Shown: positions 17,986 to 27,614, numbered from the stretch's first letter. The stretch: 29,812 bases of DNA from Chthonomonadales bacterium (GCA_038217285.1 JBBQPO010000039.1:1-29812); one strand, 5' to 3'. The notes: generated by a model not told the origin, from the sequence alone. Numbers and translations: made by a program.

Positions 17986-19268
17986 GTGACGGGACTTCCC
18001 TTTCCGATGAGCGTCTCGTAAGAGCGAGATTCCAGCAAGGAGCGCAGACGGGCGACGGCGGTATGGCAGTCCGCAAAGCTGACGTAGAGCGGAGCAGGCG
18101 CGAGGCGCAGAATGTCCGGCGGGCGGAAGTCAGGAACGACACCGCATGCACGCAGGGCAGCGCCCAGTTCGCGCGCGGCGGGATGACGTAGCGCGACATG
18201 ACCGCCCCGTCTTGTGTGCTCGCGCGGCGTCACGACCTCGACCCCGAACGCTTTCAACTCACTATCGACGAGTTGCATCAGGTAGTCCGTCAATGCCAGA
18301 GATTTTCCGCGCAGCCGCTCCAGTCCTGCCTCCGCAAACATGGGCAGCGTCCCCACCAGTGCGGCCATGCTCAGAATATTGGGGGTACCGATCTGCAGAG
18401 AGCCTGCTCCCTCCGCAGGTTCGAAGGCCAGATCAAGACGGAACTGAGACCCTTTTCTGTGTCCAAACCAGCCTGTCATACCGGGTAACCGACCGAGATG
18501 CCGCCGGTTCAGGTAGAGTCCGGCGGCCGACCCAGGGCCTCCGTTCAGGTACTTATAACTGCACCAGAACGCGAAATCGACTCCCCAGCGACTCAAGTGA
18601 TGAGGAACGGCGCCGATGGAGTGCGAGCAGTCGAAGCCGATGAGGATGCCGCGCCGATGCGCTTCCGCTGTCAGACGTTCTATGTCGAGCAACTGCCCGC
18701 TTCGGTAGAGCACGGAAGGAAACAACGCGATCTGCACGTCCGGAGTCATGGCAGCGATGATGTCATCCTCAGCGAGAGTCACACCGTCACGGCTGCGAGC
18801 CAGAACGAGGGTGGAGACGGGGTCGAGGCCGCGCAGGGTCAGGTGGCTGCGCAGCGCGTAGATGTCCGAGGCAAAGTTGAGATCATCGGCAAGAATGACG
18901 GGACGGCCGGTCGTGGGTGCGTACAGCGTCGAGAGCAGTTGGTGCAGGTTCACCGTGGTCGAGTTGGTGACGATAACCTCGTCCGCTTCCGCGCCGATCA
19001 TGTCGGCCGTCTGCGCCCCTAGACTTTCCGCCAGCGTAAACCAGTCCGGATCTGCTTCGGTCCAGCCCGAGACTCCCTGCGCCTTCCACTGCTGAACCAC
19101 GGCGAGGATCGCCCGCTCGGCGTCCATCGAGAGCAGGCCGAGCGAGTTGCCATCGAGGTAGATAACGTTCGGAAGCAGGAAGAACCGGGCGCGGAACGTG
19201 GCGAGTTCATCGTGTGCATCGAGATGTTCGGCGTACGCGCTGCCTGCGTCGAATTCGGGACTGCTCAT
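17982..19268 (-). CDS. kynU: Kynureninase
   Basis: YLDGNSLG, TVNLH, DCSHSIG, WCSYKYLNGGPG (PLP lysine), GWFGH, DFRPP. Confidence 0.96.
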   Translation of the reverse strand: MSSPEFDAGSAYAEHLDAHDELATFRARFFLLPNVIYLDGNSLGLLSMDAERAILAVVQQWKAQGVSGWTEADPDWFTLAESLGAQTADMIGAEADEVIVTNSTTVNLHQLLSTLYAPTTGRPVILADDLNFASDIYALRSHLTLRGLDPVSTLVLARSRDGVTLAEDDIIAAMTPDVQIALFPSVLYRSGQLLDIERLTAEAHRRGILIGFDCSHSIGAVPHHLSRWGVDFAFWCSYKYLNGGPGSAAGLYLNRRHLGRLPGMTGWFGHRKGSQFRLDLAFEPAEGAGSLQIGTPNILSMAALVGTLPMFAEAGLERLRGKSLALTDYLMQLVDSELKAFGVEVVTPREHTRRGGHVALRHPAARELGAALRACGVVPDFRPPDILRLAPAPLYVSFADCHTAVARLRSLLESRSYETLIGKGSPVT

Positions 19269-19311
19269 CGGCTCTCTTTCTGCGGCATAGAGGAAACACG
19301 GCCCTCTTTGC

Positions 19312-19336
19312 GGAACTTTTCGGTCGTTCAGCCGTC
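19312..19336 (+). promoter_or_regulatory. ECF-sigma-type promoter upstream of HAD-PPK2
   Basis: GGAAC-N16-CGTC, ending 28 nt before the GTG start. Confidence 0.55.
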
Positions 19337-19364
19337 AAGTTTTCCACATGGAAAGGAACCGCCT

Positions 19365-20180
19365 GTGTCGTCTCTACCCTATCGTCTCTGTGCCATCGAT
19401 CTGGATGATACCCTGCTTGGCCCGGATCACGCCGTCTCCGCGCGCAATATTGCCGCCGTGCGCGCAGTCGTCGCCAAGGGCGTGATCGTCGTCATCGCCT
19501 CCGGACGCATGCACGAGGCAACCCTGCGATTTGTTGAACAGATGGGCCTCGAAACACCGATCATCTCCTACAACGGCGCGATGGTGAAGAATCCGCACAC
19601 CGGCGAAACGTGGCTGCATGAGCGTATTGCGGGCGATGTCGCCTCCCAGGTGATGGACTTTGCGCGTGACGAATGCCTGCAGTTCAACTACTATCTCGAC
19701 GATCATTTCTACAGCGCCGCCTATACGCCGTGGGCCAAACTATACCACGACCGTACACAGGCCCCTATCGAGATCCTTCCTGAACTTTACGAAACCCTGC
19801 GCGGAACGTCACCGACCAAAATGATCATCGTCGACTCGAAAGAGCGAACGGACGGCCTGCTCGCTCCGTTTCGCGAGCGCTTCGGCGCTGGCCTCTACGT
19901 CACCAAGAGCAACGACGAGTACCTGGAGATGATGCCGCCGCAGGCGAACAAAGGCGCGGCCCTGGCGCTGGTCGCCGGCAAGTTCGGGGTGACGTCCGCG
20001 CAGACCATCGCGTTCGGCGATAGTTACAACGACATTCCCATGATGAGTTGGGCCGGACTGAGCCTTGCCGTCGGCAACGCGAAGCCGGAGACAAAAGCGG
20101 CGGCAAGTCGGACGATAGAAACCAATGCGGAAGATGGCGTCGGCATTGCCCTGGAACATATATTTCATCTCAACGGCTAA
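19365..20180 (+). CDS. Cof-type HAD-IIB hydrolase
   Basis: DLDDTLL, ASGR, YNGA, NKG, FGDSYND; GTG start with AAGGA RBS. Confidence 0.93.
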   Translation: MSSLPYRLCAIDLDDTLLGPDHAVSARNIAAVRAVVAKGVIVVIASGRMHEATLRFVEQMGLETPIISYNGAMVKNPHTGETWLHERIAGDVASQVMDFARDECLQFNYYLDDHFYSAAYTPWAKLYHDRTQAPIEILPELYETLRGTSPTKMIIVDSKERTDGLLAPFRERFGAGLYVTKSNDEYLEMMPPQANKGAALALVAGKFGVTSAQTIAFGDSYNDIPMMSWAGLSLAVGNAKPETKAAASRTIETNAEDGVGIALEHIFHLNG

Positions 20181-20194
20181 GGAGGCGACCACCT

Positions 20195-21022
20195 ATGGCG
20201 CTGCTGCAAAAACTGAATGGAAGCAAGAAAGTAAAGCTCCGTGACATCGATCCGGATACCGACGGCGGCCTGAAGAAAGCCGACTCCGAGAAGCGTACAG
20301 AAAACCTGTGTAAAGAACTGGAGGAGTTGCAGGGTCTGCTCTATGCTGCCCAGACAACGCCGGTGCTCATCGTCTTGCAGGGCATGGACACGAGCGGAAA
20401 GGACGGCACGATCAGCCACGTCATGCGCTACATGAATCCCCAGAGCTGCCGTGTCGCCTCGTTCAAAGCCCCCAACCCACTCGAACTGGCGCACGATTTT
20501 CTCTGGCGCATCCACTCCGAAGCGCCCGCCAAGGGAATGGTCACGATCTTCAATCGGTCGCACTATGAGGACGTGCTGGTCGTTAAGGTGCACAACCTGG
20601 TTCCAGCGGACGTTCTGGAGCGCCGGTACGATCACATCAACAACTTCGAACGCCTCCTCGCGGATTCCAGCACGATCATTCTGAAGTTCATGCTGCATAT
20701 CAGCAAAGACGAACAGAAAGAACGGCTGCTGGAGCGCGAGAAGGATCCTGCCAAAGCCTGGAAACTCTCGCCTGCAGATTGGCAGGAGCGCGAACTCTGG
20801 GACCAGTACCTGTCTGCGTTCGAGATCGCTGTCAATCGCTGTGCTACTCCTGACGCGCCCTGGTTCATCGTTCCCGCCAACCACAAATGGTATCGCGATC
20901 TGGCCGTAGCCGAAACGCTCGTCGAGACGCTTCGACCCTATCGAAAGAAGTGGGAAGACCGATTGAAGCAGATAGGCGCGGAAGAGTTGAAAAACCTGCG
21001 AGCCCTCCGCCAATCGCACTGA
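20195..21022 (+). CDS. ppk2: Polyphosphate kinase 2 family protein (single domain, class III-like)
   Basis: [11 protein letters not shown]alker [34 protein letters not shown]. Confidence 0.93.
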   Translation: MALLQKLNGSKKVKLRDIDPDTDGGLKKADSEKRTENLCKELEELQGLLYAAQTTPVLIVLQGMDTSGKDGTISHVMRYMNPQSCRVASFKAPNPLELAHDFLWRIHSEAPAKGMVTIFNRSHYEDVLVVKVHNLVPADVLERRYDHINNFERLLADSSTIILKFMLHISKDEQKERLLEREKDPAKAWKLSPADWQERELWDQYLSAFEIAVNRCATPDAPWFIVPANHKWYRDLAVAETLVETLRPYRKKWEDRLKQIGAEELKNLRALRQSH

Positions 21023-21034
21023 AAGAGAAGGCTC

Positions 21035-22213
21035 TTAGTGCGGATGATGGCCCTGGCCGTAGACGTCGATAGCCTGTTCGTAGACCTGATGCGTGAGGGT
21101 GGCGACGCGTGGCCACGAGAACCGCTGCGCATACTTGCGGGCGTTCGCGGAGAGGCGTTCGCGGCGGATCGGATCGTCGAGAAGAGCGAGGAGTTTTGTA
21201 CGATAGTCGGCCAAGTCTCCGGCCTTAAACAGTTGGAGACAGTCGACGCGCGCTTCGATTTCGCGGAAACAGTCCATGTCGGACGCCAGGATCGCCTTTC
21301 CATGCGTGAGCGGGAACGTGACGGAATACGAGCCCGTGGCCTGCGTATGCGGCACGAGCAGCAGATCACTGGCCGCCATCACCTCGGCAACCTCTTCGTC
21401 CGATAGATATTCGGTGACGACGACCCGCGCTTGCAGTCCGGCGGCGCGAACGTCGTCTGCAAGTTGCGCCGCATAGGGCTCCATATCCTTCGTGCGCGCT
21501 CCTCCCGCAATGACCAACACAACGTCGGGCGGTAAGGCAGGAAGCAGCTTCAACGTCAGTTCGTAGCCTTTGTTCGGCGCGATGTAGCCGAATATCGTCA
21601 GCACCCGCTTGCCCTCCAACCCGTATCTCTCCCGAAACACGGCCCCACCTGTTCGGGCCGGCAGCGCCGCCGGAATACCCGTGGGAACAATCGTGACATA
21701 CTCTGGCTTCGCGCCGCGTTCGATCAGGGCGTTACGCGCGGCTGCCGTGTGGACGATGGTCATGGCGGTGATGAAGGGGGCGATATCGACGCTCTCCCGA
21801 TAGGCCGTATTGTTGACGAGAAACTGCTTGATAAGGCGTTTGGGCAGGCGGCTTTCGGAGTCGAGGCGAAGCAGTTCGGCCAGCGAATAGGTGGTATGGG
21901 CCGTCATGACCATGGGTTTTTGGATAAGGTAACGGAGTTCCCAGTAGCCGGTATCGGGGCGGAGGGGAAAGGGACGACGGGGCAAAACTCCGCCCCAGAA
22001 ACTATGCTCGTGCTGAATATGCACCACGCTGACATCGGGCGCATTCAGGCGTTGCGCCTGCGCGACATAGTGAGCAATCGGCTGACGCCCCTCCGTTATC
22101 GGAATGACCTCGACCTCCACATTCGGCAGCCCTTGCAGACCGTCGATCAAAGCCCGCGTGTAGGCCGCGATACCGCAGCGTTCCCCTATTGTCGTCACCA
22201 TGGCGACTTTCAT
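21035..22213 (-). CDS. Glycosyltransferase family 4
   Basis: CGIAAYT, HIQHE, FGYIAPNKG, ILASD, FSW..VA; GT-B fold pattern. Confidence 0.88.
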   Translation of the reverse strand: MKVAMVTTIGERCGIAAYTRALIDGLQGLPNVEVEVIPITEGRQPIAHYVAQAQRLNAPDVSVVHIQHEHSFWGGVLPRRPFPLRPDTGYWELRYLIQKPMVMTAHTTYSLAELLRLDSESRLPKRLIKQFLVNNTAYRESVDIAPFITAMTIVHTAAARNALIERGAKPEYVTIVPTGIPAALPARTGGAVFRERYGLEGKRVLTIFGYIAPNKGYELTLKLLPALPPDVVLVIAGGARTKDMEPYAAQLADDVRAAGLQARVVVTEYLSDEEVAEVMAASDLLLVPHTQATGSYSVTFPLTHGKAILASDMDCFREIEARVDCLQLFKAGDLADYRTKLLALLDDPIRRERLSANARKYAQRFSWPRVATLTHQVYEQAIDVYGQGHHPH

Positions 22214-22311
22214 GCACAGCCTCTCTCACCCACTGGTTCCGACCTCGACTTGCCGGCATTATACCCTATCGCGCCAGAAGCCCTGACGGAAGGTCCGTGC
22301 CGAATTTCCGA

Positions 22312-22341
22312 TTGACAGTCAAGGAGTAAGCCGGGTACAAT
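22312..22341 (+). promoter_or_regulatory. sigma70-type promoter for glyA
   Basis: TTGACA-N18-TACAAT; a divergent TATAAT (minus strand, 22258-22263) points to the GT4 gene. Confidence 0.7.
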
Positions 22342-22425
22342 CCTGCCCTGTATCGCAGAGAATCGTCTATTTTCAGGCTGGCAATGCTGCTGTCTGCAAC
22401 CGTATAGTAAGGAGAGTTTACCCCT

Positions 22426-23829
22426 ATGTCCCTGACAGAACTGCCGGAAAGGGTCGCTGCCAACCCCGAGACGCCCTTTGTCTCCGCCGCCTCTCAATTC
22501 GAGATACTGCATAAGATCGACCCGGAGATCTACGAACTGACCGTTCAAGAGACGCAGCGGCAGGCCGACATCATTCGATTGATTCCGAGCGAGAACTACA
22601 CCTCTGCGGCCGTCATGCAGGCGATGGCGACCGTCTTCTGCAATAAATATTCGGAGGGCTATCCCGGCAAGCGCTACTACGAAGGCAACGAACTGGTGGA
22701 TGCGGTCGAAAATCTGGCGCGCGACCGGGCCAAAGCCCTGTTCGGCGCCGATCATGCCAACGTTCAGCCCTACAGTGGCTCTCCCGCCAATCTGGCGACC
22801 TACTTCGCGCTGATGAAGCCAGGCGAGAAGGTCATGGGAATGCACCTCCAGAGCGGAGGCCACCTGACGCACGGCTATAGCCTGAACTTCAGCGGCGTCT
22901 TCTATAAGTCGGTTCCCTACGGCTATCACCTGGAACAGGGCGTGACGGGGATGAACCCCGACACCCAGATGCTCGACTACGATGTGCTGCGCGACATCGC
23001 GATCCGCGAACGTCCCAATGTGATTTTTGCCGGCGGAACGGCCTATCCTCGCACGTGGGATTTCGCGAAGTTCCGGGAGATCGCCGACGAGGTCGGCGCC
23101 TACCTCGTGGCCGATATCGCGCATATCAACGGGCTGATCATCGGGAAAGTACACCCCGACCCGGTGCCGTATGCCGATGTCGTCACTTCCACCAGCCACA
23201 AGGCCATTCGTGGCCCACGCGGCGGATTCATCCTCTGTAAGAACCGCCCCATGAAGGATAACCCCGAGCAGAGCCTGCCGGATCGCATCGACAAAGCGAT
23301 CATCCCGGCGCTGCAGGGCGGCCCCCACAACAACACCATCGCGGCGCTCGCCGTCTGCTTCCGGGAGGCCGCGACGGAGGAGTTCCGGCAGTATGCCCGG
23401 CAGATCGTTGCGAACGCCAAGGCACTCGCGCAGGCTCTGCTCGACAGGGGCTTCGTCCTCGTGACAGGCGGCACCGACAACCATCTGATCCTCGTAGATG
23501 TCATGAAGTCGCGTAAAATTCCCGGCAAGCCTTACGCCCACGCGCTCTACCAGGCCGGACTGGAGACCAACTTCAATGCGGTGCCGAACGATCCGCGCAA
23601 GCCTTTCTCGCCGAGCGGCCTGCGAATTGGGACGCCTGCGGTCACCACGCGCGGTATGAAAGAGCCGCAGATGGTGCAGATCGCAGACTGGATGGACCGT
23701 GTCGCGACCGCCTGTACCAAAACAGGCAAGGACTACACCTTCGACGAAGCGGTGTTGCGCAAGATTCGTGGCGAAGTGCGCGATCTCTGTACGGACGGCA
23801 AATTCCCGATCCCCGGCATCGACTTCTGA
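22426..23829 (+). CDS. glyA: Serine hydroxymethyltransferase
   Basis: LIPSENY, NKYSEGYPGKRYYEG, NVQPYSGSPAN, GGHLTHG, TSHKAIRGPRGG, GGTDNHL, SGLRIGTPA. Confidence 0.98.
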   Translation: MSLTELPERVAANPETPFVSAASQFEILHKIDPEIYELTVQETQRQADIIRLIPSENYTSAAVMQAMATVFCNKYSEGYPGKRYYEGNELVDAVENLARDRAKALFGADHANVQPYSGSPANLATYFALMKPGEKVMGMHLQSGGHLTHGYSLNFSGVFYKSVPYGYHLEQGVTGMNPDTQMLDYDVLRDIAIRERPNVIFAGGTAYPRTWDFAKFREIADEVGAYLVADIAHINGLIIGKVHPDPVPYADVVTSTSHKAIRGPRGGFILCKNRPMKDNPEQSLPDRIDKAIIPALQGGPHNNTIAALAVCFREAATEEFRQYARQIVANAKALAQALLDRGFVLVTGGTDNHLILVDVMKSRKIPGKPYAHALYQAGLETNFNAVPNDPRKPFSPSGLRIGTPAVTTRGMKEPQMVQIADWMDRVATACTKTGKDYTFDEAVLRKIRGEVRDLCTDGKFPIPGIDF

Positions 23830-24026
23830 TCCGGCCATACCGGATCCCACGACCAGAGCGCTCTTCTCCGAACCGGGCAAGGGCGCTTTCGTCTATGCCC
23901 GCCTTGAACATTCCCGGCAAGCTTAAATTTTTGATTTTCGTACTCCCGGCGGCGGGAATGTGCTAAAATCTAGCAACGGAGAGCGGTGCGTTCCGCCTCT
24001 GAACCCTCCTGGAAGGAACTCCTGTC

Positions 24027-24467
24027 ATGGCTAACCGATATGTATTGATGGATACAACGAAGGGTCCGATCAAATTTGAACTGTTTGAAGAACTGGCTCC
24101 GCTGACCACCGCCAACTTTATTTCGCTCGTCGAGACCGGCTTCTATAATGGCCTGAACTTTCATCGCTATGAGCCTGGCTTCGTCATTCAGGGCGGCGAT
24201 CCCCTCGGAACCGGCATGGGCGGATCCAAACAGACCATTCCGCTGGAGGTGACGCAGCAGCTCAAACACGATGGCCCCGGCGCTGTGGCTATGGCCCGCT
24301 CCTCCGACCCCAACAGCGCCTCCAGCCAGTTCTATTTCACCTTACGCGCGACACCCCATCTGGACAACTCCTACGCGGTGTTCGGCAAGGTTACCGAAGG
24401 TGTCGAAAACATGCAGCAGTTGCGGGTCGGCGACGTCATGAATAAGGTTACCATTGTAGCCGTTTAG
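24027..24467 (+). CDS. Cyclophilin-type peptidyl-prolyl cis-trans isomerase
   Basis: [42 protein letters not shown]; extended -10 TGcTAAAAT at 23961-23969. Confidence 0.95.
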   Translation: MANRYVLMDTTKGPIKFELFEELAPLTTANFISLVETGFYNGLNFHRYEPGFVIQGGDPLGTGMGGSKQTIPLEVTQQLKHDGPGAVAMARSSDPNSASSQFYFTLRATPHLDNSYAVFGKVTEGVENMQQLRVGDVMNKVTIVAV

Positions 24468-24496
24468 ATCGTCCGTCGCTCGCTTCAACTCACCTC

Positions 24497-24531
24497 AGAA
24501 CGGACGCCTCGCCGCGTCCGTTCTTCACTTT
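24497..24531 (+). terminator. Intrinsic terminator between convergent cyclophilin and nagA genes
   Basis: AGAACGGACGC / GCGTCCGTTCT 11-bp stem followed by TCACTTT. Confidence 0.65.
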
Positions 24532-24562
24532 GGCATCCCCAATGTTACATCGAAGGTTGCCG

Positions 24563-25726
24563 TCAGGGCGATTCCGAGGAGTAGACACAGTTTCCCCCGA
24601 CATACGTCCGGCGGACCAAGCCGTCGGCGTTGAGAAGGACGAAGTCGGCATCGAAACCGGGGGCAAGCAGGCCCTTGCGATTCCCGAGGCCCAAAGCAGT
24701 CGCCGCGTTCCGCGACGACATAGCGGCTCGCTGCGGCAGGCTGTACGGCAGCGCATTGGCAAACGCCCTTTCGAGGGTGAGCAGGCTGCCGGCGAGTGTG
24801 CCATCCGGGAGACGCGCGGTGCCGTCATGGACCGCGACCGTGAGATCGCCGAGCGAAAATTCGTAACCGTCCGGCATTCCCGCACCGGGGATTCCGTCTG
24901 AAATGAGGATCACGCCCTGCGCCTGCTTCGCATTGATGAGAGCACAGCAGGAGGCCGGATGCACGTGAACGTTGTCCCAGATGAGTTCCGCCGTTAGTTC
25001 CGACCGACTGAGCGCCGCGCCGACGACGCCGGGTTCGCGACTGCCAAGCGGACTCATCGCATTGTAACAGTGCGTGACGTGGTGTGCGCCGGCGTTGATC
25101 GCCGCGTCGATCTCGGAATAGGTGGCGTCCGTGTGCCCGACGGAGGTAACGATACCATTGGCGGACAGATACCGGATAAGCTCCAGAGCGCCTGGCATCT
25201 CCGGGGCCAGCGTCACGATGCGGACCGCCGCGAGGGAATCGCCTACCCTGCGTTGGAAATCCTCGACATCCGGCAATAGAATATATTGCCCCGGCTGCGC
25301 GCCCTTGCGTTTCGGGTTGATATAGGGGCCTTCCAGGTGGCAGCCCAGCACTGCTGCGCCGAGTTTGCCGTTCTCCGGAGAACGCATCGCCTCCGCTGCG
25401 CTCTTCAGGGCGCGGATCTGGTCGTCCCAGGGGGCCGTGACCGTGGTCGCCAGAAAACCCGTGACGCCATGGCTAGCCAGATGCGTGGCAATAGCGCCAA
25501 GCGCCTCAGCGGTTCCTTCCATGACGGCCCGACCGACGCCGCCATGCACATGAATATCGATAAAGCCCGGTATGAGAAGCGCGTCTCTACAATCGACGTC
25601 TGTGGGTTCTGATCGGGTAGCGTCATTCCAACTCTCTACCGACACCACTTTACCATCCCGTACAAGAAGGGCCACGCGCTCTTTCTCGCCCGAGGCATCC
25701 GCCATCCGCTCCGCCAGAATGCGCAC
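24563..25726 (-). CDS. nagA: N-acetylglucosamine-6-phosphate deacetylase
   Basis: PGFIDIHVHG, HLEGPY, KGAQ, TLAPE, GHT, THCYNAM, LAGS; GGAGG RBS. Confidence 0.95.
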   Translation of the reverse strand: MRILAERMADASGEKERVALLVRDGKVVSVESWNDATRSEPTDVDCRDALLIPGFIDIHVHGGVGRAVMEGTAEALGAIATHLASHGVTGFLATTVTAPWDDQIRALKSAAEAMRSPENGKLGAAVLGCHLEGPYINPKRKGAQPGQYILLPDVEDFQRRVGDSLAAVRIVTLAPEMPGALELIRYLSANGIVTSVGHTDATYSEIDAAINAGAHHVTHCYNAMSPLGSREPGVVGAALSRSELTAELIWDNVHVHPASCCALINAKQAQGVILISDGIPGAGMPDGYEFSLGDLTVAVHDGTARLPDGTLAGSLLTLERAFANALPYSLPQRAAMSSRNAATALGLGNRKGLLAPGFDADFVLLNADGLVRRTYVGGNCVYSSESP

Positions 25727-25899
25727 GTTACACCTCCCTTGCCGTTACCAAAAACAGAACGCAGACAGGACTCCGTCCGATCAAATTCGTCTGTTCGTAT
25801 GCACGGAAGAGGATACCGGCGTGCGAACAAGGAACTATTTCGGAACGAAGTCCTGATTTCCTGTATTGACCCGCTCGATGTCGGGTTCAGAAGCGCGTA

Positions 25900-26346
25900 T
25901 CAGACGCCGGATTCAGAGGGCTTCGGTGCCACTTTCGGCAGAACTTTTCGAAGCGTCGCCACCCAGCTGCTGGCGGTATCCGCGACCGACTTGCCATCGG
26001 CTGCCGCGTCTGCGGGCTGCACTTCCACCAGAAGCCAGTTCCGGACGGTAATCACGGCTTTGCCGCCGCGCATCTCGGAGCGTATGTCTTCCGGCTTCAA
26101 CTGCGGAGCCTGGACGCGGGAAAGAATCTCCACGGTTCGGGCGTCGGCCAGTTCGGTACGCTCAAACGGCGTGAACTTGCTGTCGCTGGCTTTAAAGTAG
26201 ATGATCTCGTAACCACCGAGGCCCCAGAGGGAGGGCGCCTTGTCCTCGACACGCGGAATATTACCGATCGGAACCAGTTTCTGAGCGGAACCGACGACGG
26301 GCGCTGCCGTCAGGGCGGCGAACAATGCGATTGCAAACCATTTCAT
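25900..26346 (-). CDS. Small secreted hypothetical protein
   Basis: Signal peptide MKWFAIALFAALTAAPVVGSA; AAGGAG RBS; natural-looking composition. Confidence 0.8.
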   Translation of the reverse strand: MKWFAIALFAALTAAPVVGSAQKLVPIGNIPRVEDKAPSLWGLGGYEIIYFKASDSKFTPFERTELADARTVEILSRVQAPQLKPEDIRSEMRGGKAVITVRNWLLVEVQPADAAADGKSVADTASSWVATLRKVLPKVAPKPSESGV

Positions 26347-26403
26347 TTCAGGAACTCCTTTCAGAGAGCGGGTCTTTGTAAGCTGTTAATCCTCGCTCGT
26401 TAT

Positions 26404-26429
26404 GACGCTTGAGGAGGGGGGCTTGTTCC
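26404..26429 (-). promoter_or_regulatory. ECF-sigma-type promoter (proximal)
   Basis: AGGGAACAAG context; GGAAC-N17-CGTC(AT). Confidence 0.6.
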
Positions 26430-26540
26430 CTGGGCCGACGGGGATACCGATTTTCGTTTGCAGGAGGCACCGGCCACGACTTCGAAATTTCACAGTCCAA
26501 AACTGTACACATGCAGTTCAGCGACTTCATCATACCACAT

Positions 26541-26566
26541 GACGGTACGTTCGTATTACTTGTTCC
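26541..26566 (-). promoter_or_regulatory. ECF-sigma-type promoter (middle)
   Basis: AGGGAACAAG context; GGAAC-N17-CGTC(AT). Confidence 0.6.
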
Positions 26567-26598
26567 CTCGATTCGACATCTACTCGACCGCTTTTGAG

Positions 26599-26638
26599 AA
26601 AAGTAACGCCCGGCGGACGCAGTGGCATCCGCCGGGCG
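26599..26638 (-). terminator. Intrinsic terminator
   Basis: Minus strand CGCCCGGCGGATGC-cact-GCGTCCGCCGGGCG followed by TTACTTTT. Confidence 0.8.
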
Positions 26639-26686
26639 GGTTCTCCCGGGATACGCTAGACAGTCGTGGCCTAACTACAGTGGACA

Positions 26687-26711
26687 GACGCCATTCCACG
26701 AAGGAAGTTCC
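26687..26711 (-). promoter_or_regulatory. ECF-sigma-type promoter (distal)
   Basis: GGAAC-N16-CGTC, with GGAACTT at the -35. Confidence 0.55.
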
Positions 26712-26771
26712 GCTATTTCACCGCAGACTTGTTCCCTGGCCCGCTTCCCCACCGTGTTCACAGGAATCGGT

Positions 26772-27614
26772 TCAGTAGGCGATGAACTGTTCCAGATATT
26801 TCTTCCCGATGAGGAAGCCCTCTTCGCGCTCCACGGCATCGTCCTCATGCTCTATGGAGATGACGCCGTTATAGCCGTTGCGCCGCAGCGCCGCAATATA
26901 CTCGCCCCACCGAATCTGCCCGAGCCCCGGTATCACATACCGCCACCATCCGCTGCCCTGATTGCCGACAATGCGTTTGCGGTGCGCTTTGATTTCGGTA
27001 TCCTTGCCGTGCGAATGGAAAATGCGCTTGCCATATCGGTCTACCGCTTCGATATAGTCGATGTCCTGCCAGTGCAGATGCGACGGGTCGAAGTTGAGGC
27101 CGAAATTCGGCTGAGGCAGCACCTCGAAGATGCGCTCCCAGTGGGCGAGGTTCTGGATATTGGTCGCAGTCCAGTTTTCCATCGCGAGTTTGATGTTCTT
27201 ACTGGCGGCATACTCGATCAAGGGCGGAAAGACCTCGGCGCAGTCCTTTTCGATCGTCTTGAATCGATCCTGCCCGGCGGGAGGAAGACCGGCCAGTACG
27301 CAGACGACATCTATCTCCAGCAGCGAAGCCGCATCGATGGCACGATGGACGGTCTCGATGTTCTTTTTGCGCCGCTCAGGATCGCCGTCCGTTACGTTGT
27401 TGTAGGCGGCCAGGCCGGAGATCTGCAGATTACGCTTCTCCATCAAGGTTTTTACGGCGTCCGCCGCCTTCGCATCGAAGGTGTTCGTATCGATATGCTT
27501 GCTGCCGGGCCCGGTCGCTAACTCGAGGCCTCCGAACCCATACTGTCCGGCAAAAGCGGCGACGACCTCCAGCGGCTCTCCGCTGAACGGCCCCGTCAAA
27601 ATTCCAACGTACAT
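26772..27614 (-). CDS. Sugar phosphate isomerase/epimerase (xylose isomerase-like TIM barrel)
   Basis: GLEL, LAMEN, GLNFDPSHL, FHSHGKD, IPGLGQI, ISIEHED metal-binding pattern; GAAGGAGA RBS before ATG 27614. Confidence 0.9.
   Translation of the reverse strand: MYVGILTGPFSGEPLEVVAAFAGQYGFGGLELATGPGSKHIDTNTFDAKAADAVKTLMEKRNLQISGLAAYNNVTDGDPERRKKNIETVHRAIDAASLLEIDVVCVLAGLPPAGQDRFKTIEKDCAEVFPPLIEYAASKNIKLAMENWTATNIQNLAHWERIFEVLPQPNFGLNFDPSHLHWQDIDYIEAVDRYGKRIFHSHGKDTEIKAHRKRIVGNQGSGWWRYVIPGLGQIRWGEYIAALRRNGYNGVISIEHEDDAVEREEGFLIGKKYLEQFIAY

Noticed and set aside
22342..22425. Glycine or ZTP riboswitch before glyA
   Set aside because: Only a TTTCAGG fragment resembles the glycine aptamer; CCGAAG and the ZTP motifs are absent
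22210..23880. 556-aa minus-strand ORF
   Set aside because: Antisense shadow of glyA, typical of high-GC codon bias; no motifs
25832..25846. GAAC-N7-GAAC resembling an alphaproteobacterial LexA box upstream of nagA
   Set aside because: Short motif, nagA is not an SOS gene, and the gene content does not look alphaproteobacterial
26348..26533. 61-aa leaderless uORF starting near the middle ECF-like promoter
   Set aside because: The position is suggestive, but the peptide looks random and overlaps another promoter; no independent support
26422..26737. CRISPR array interpretation of the 10-mer repeats
   Set aside because: Repeats are too short, spacing is irregular (137 and 169 bp), and there are no cas genes
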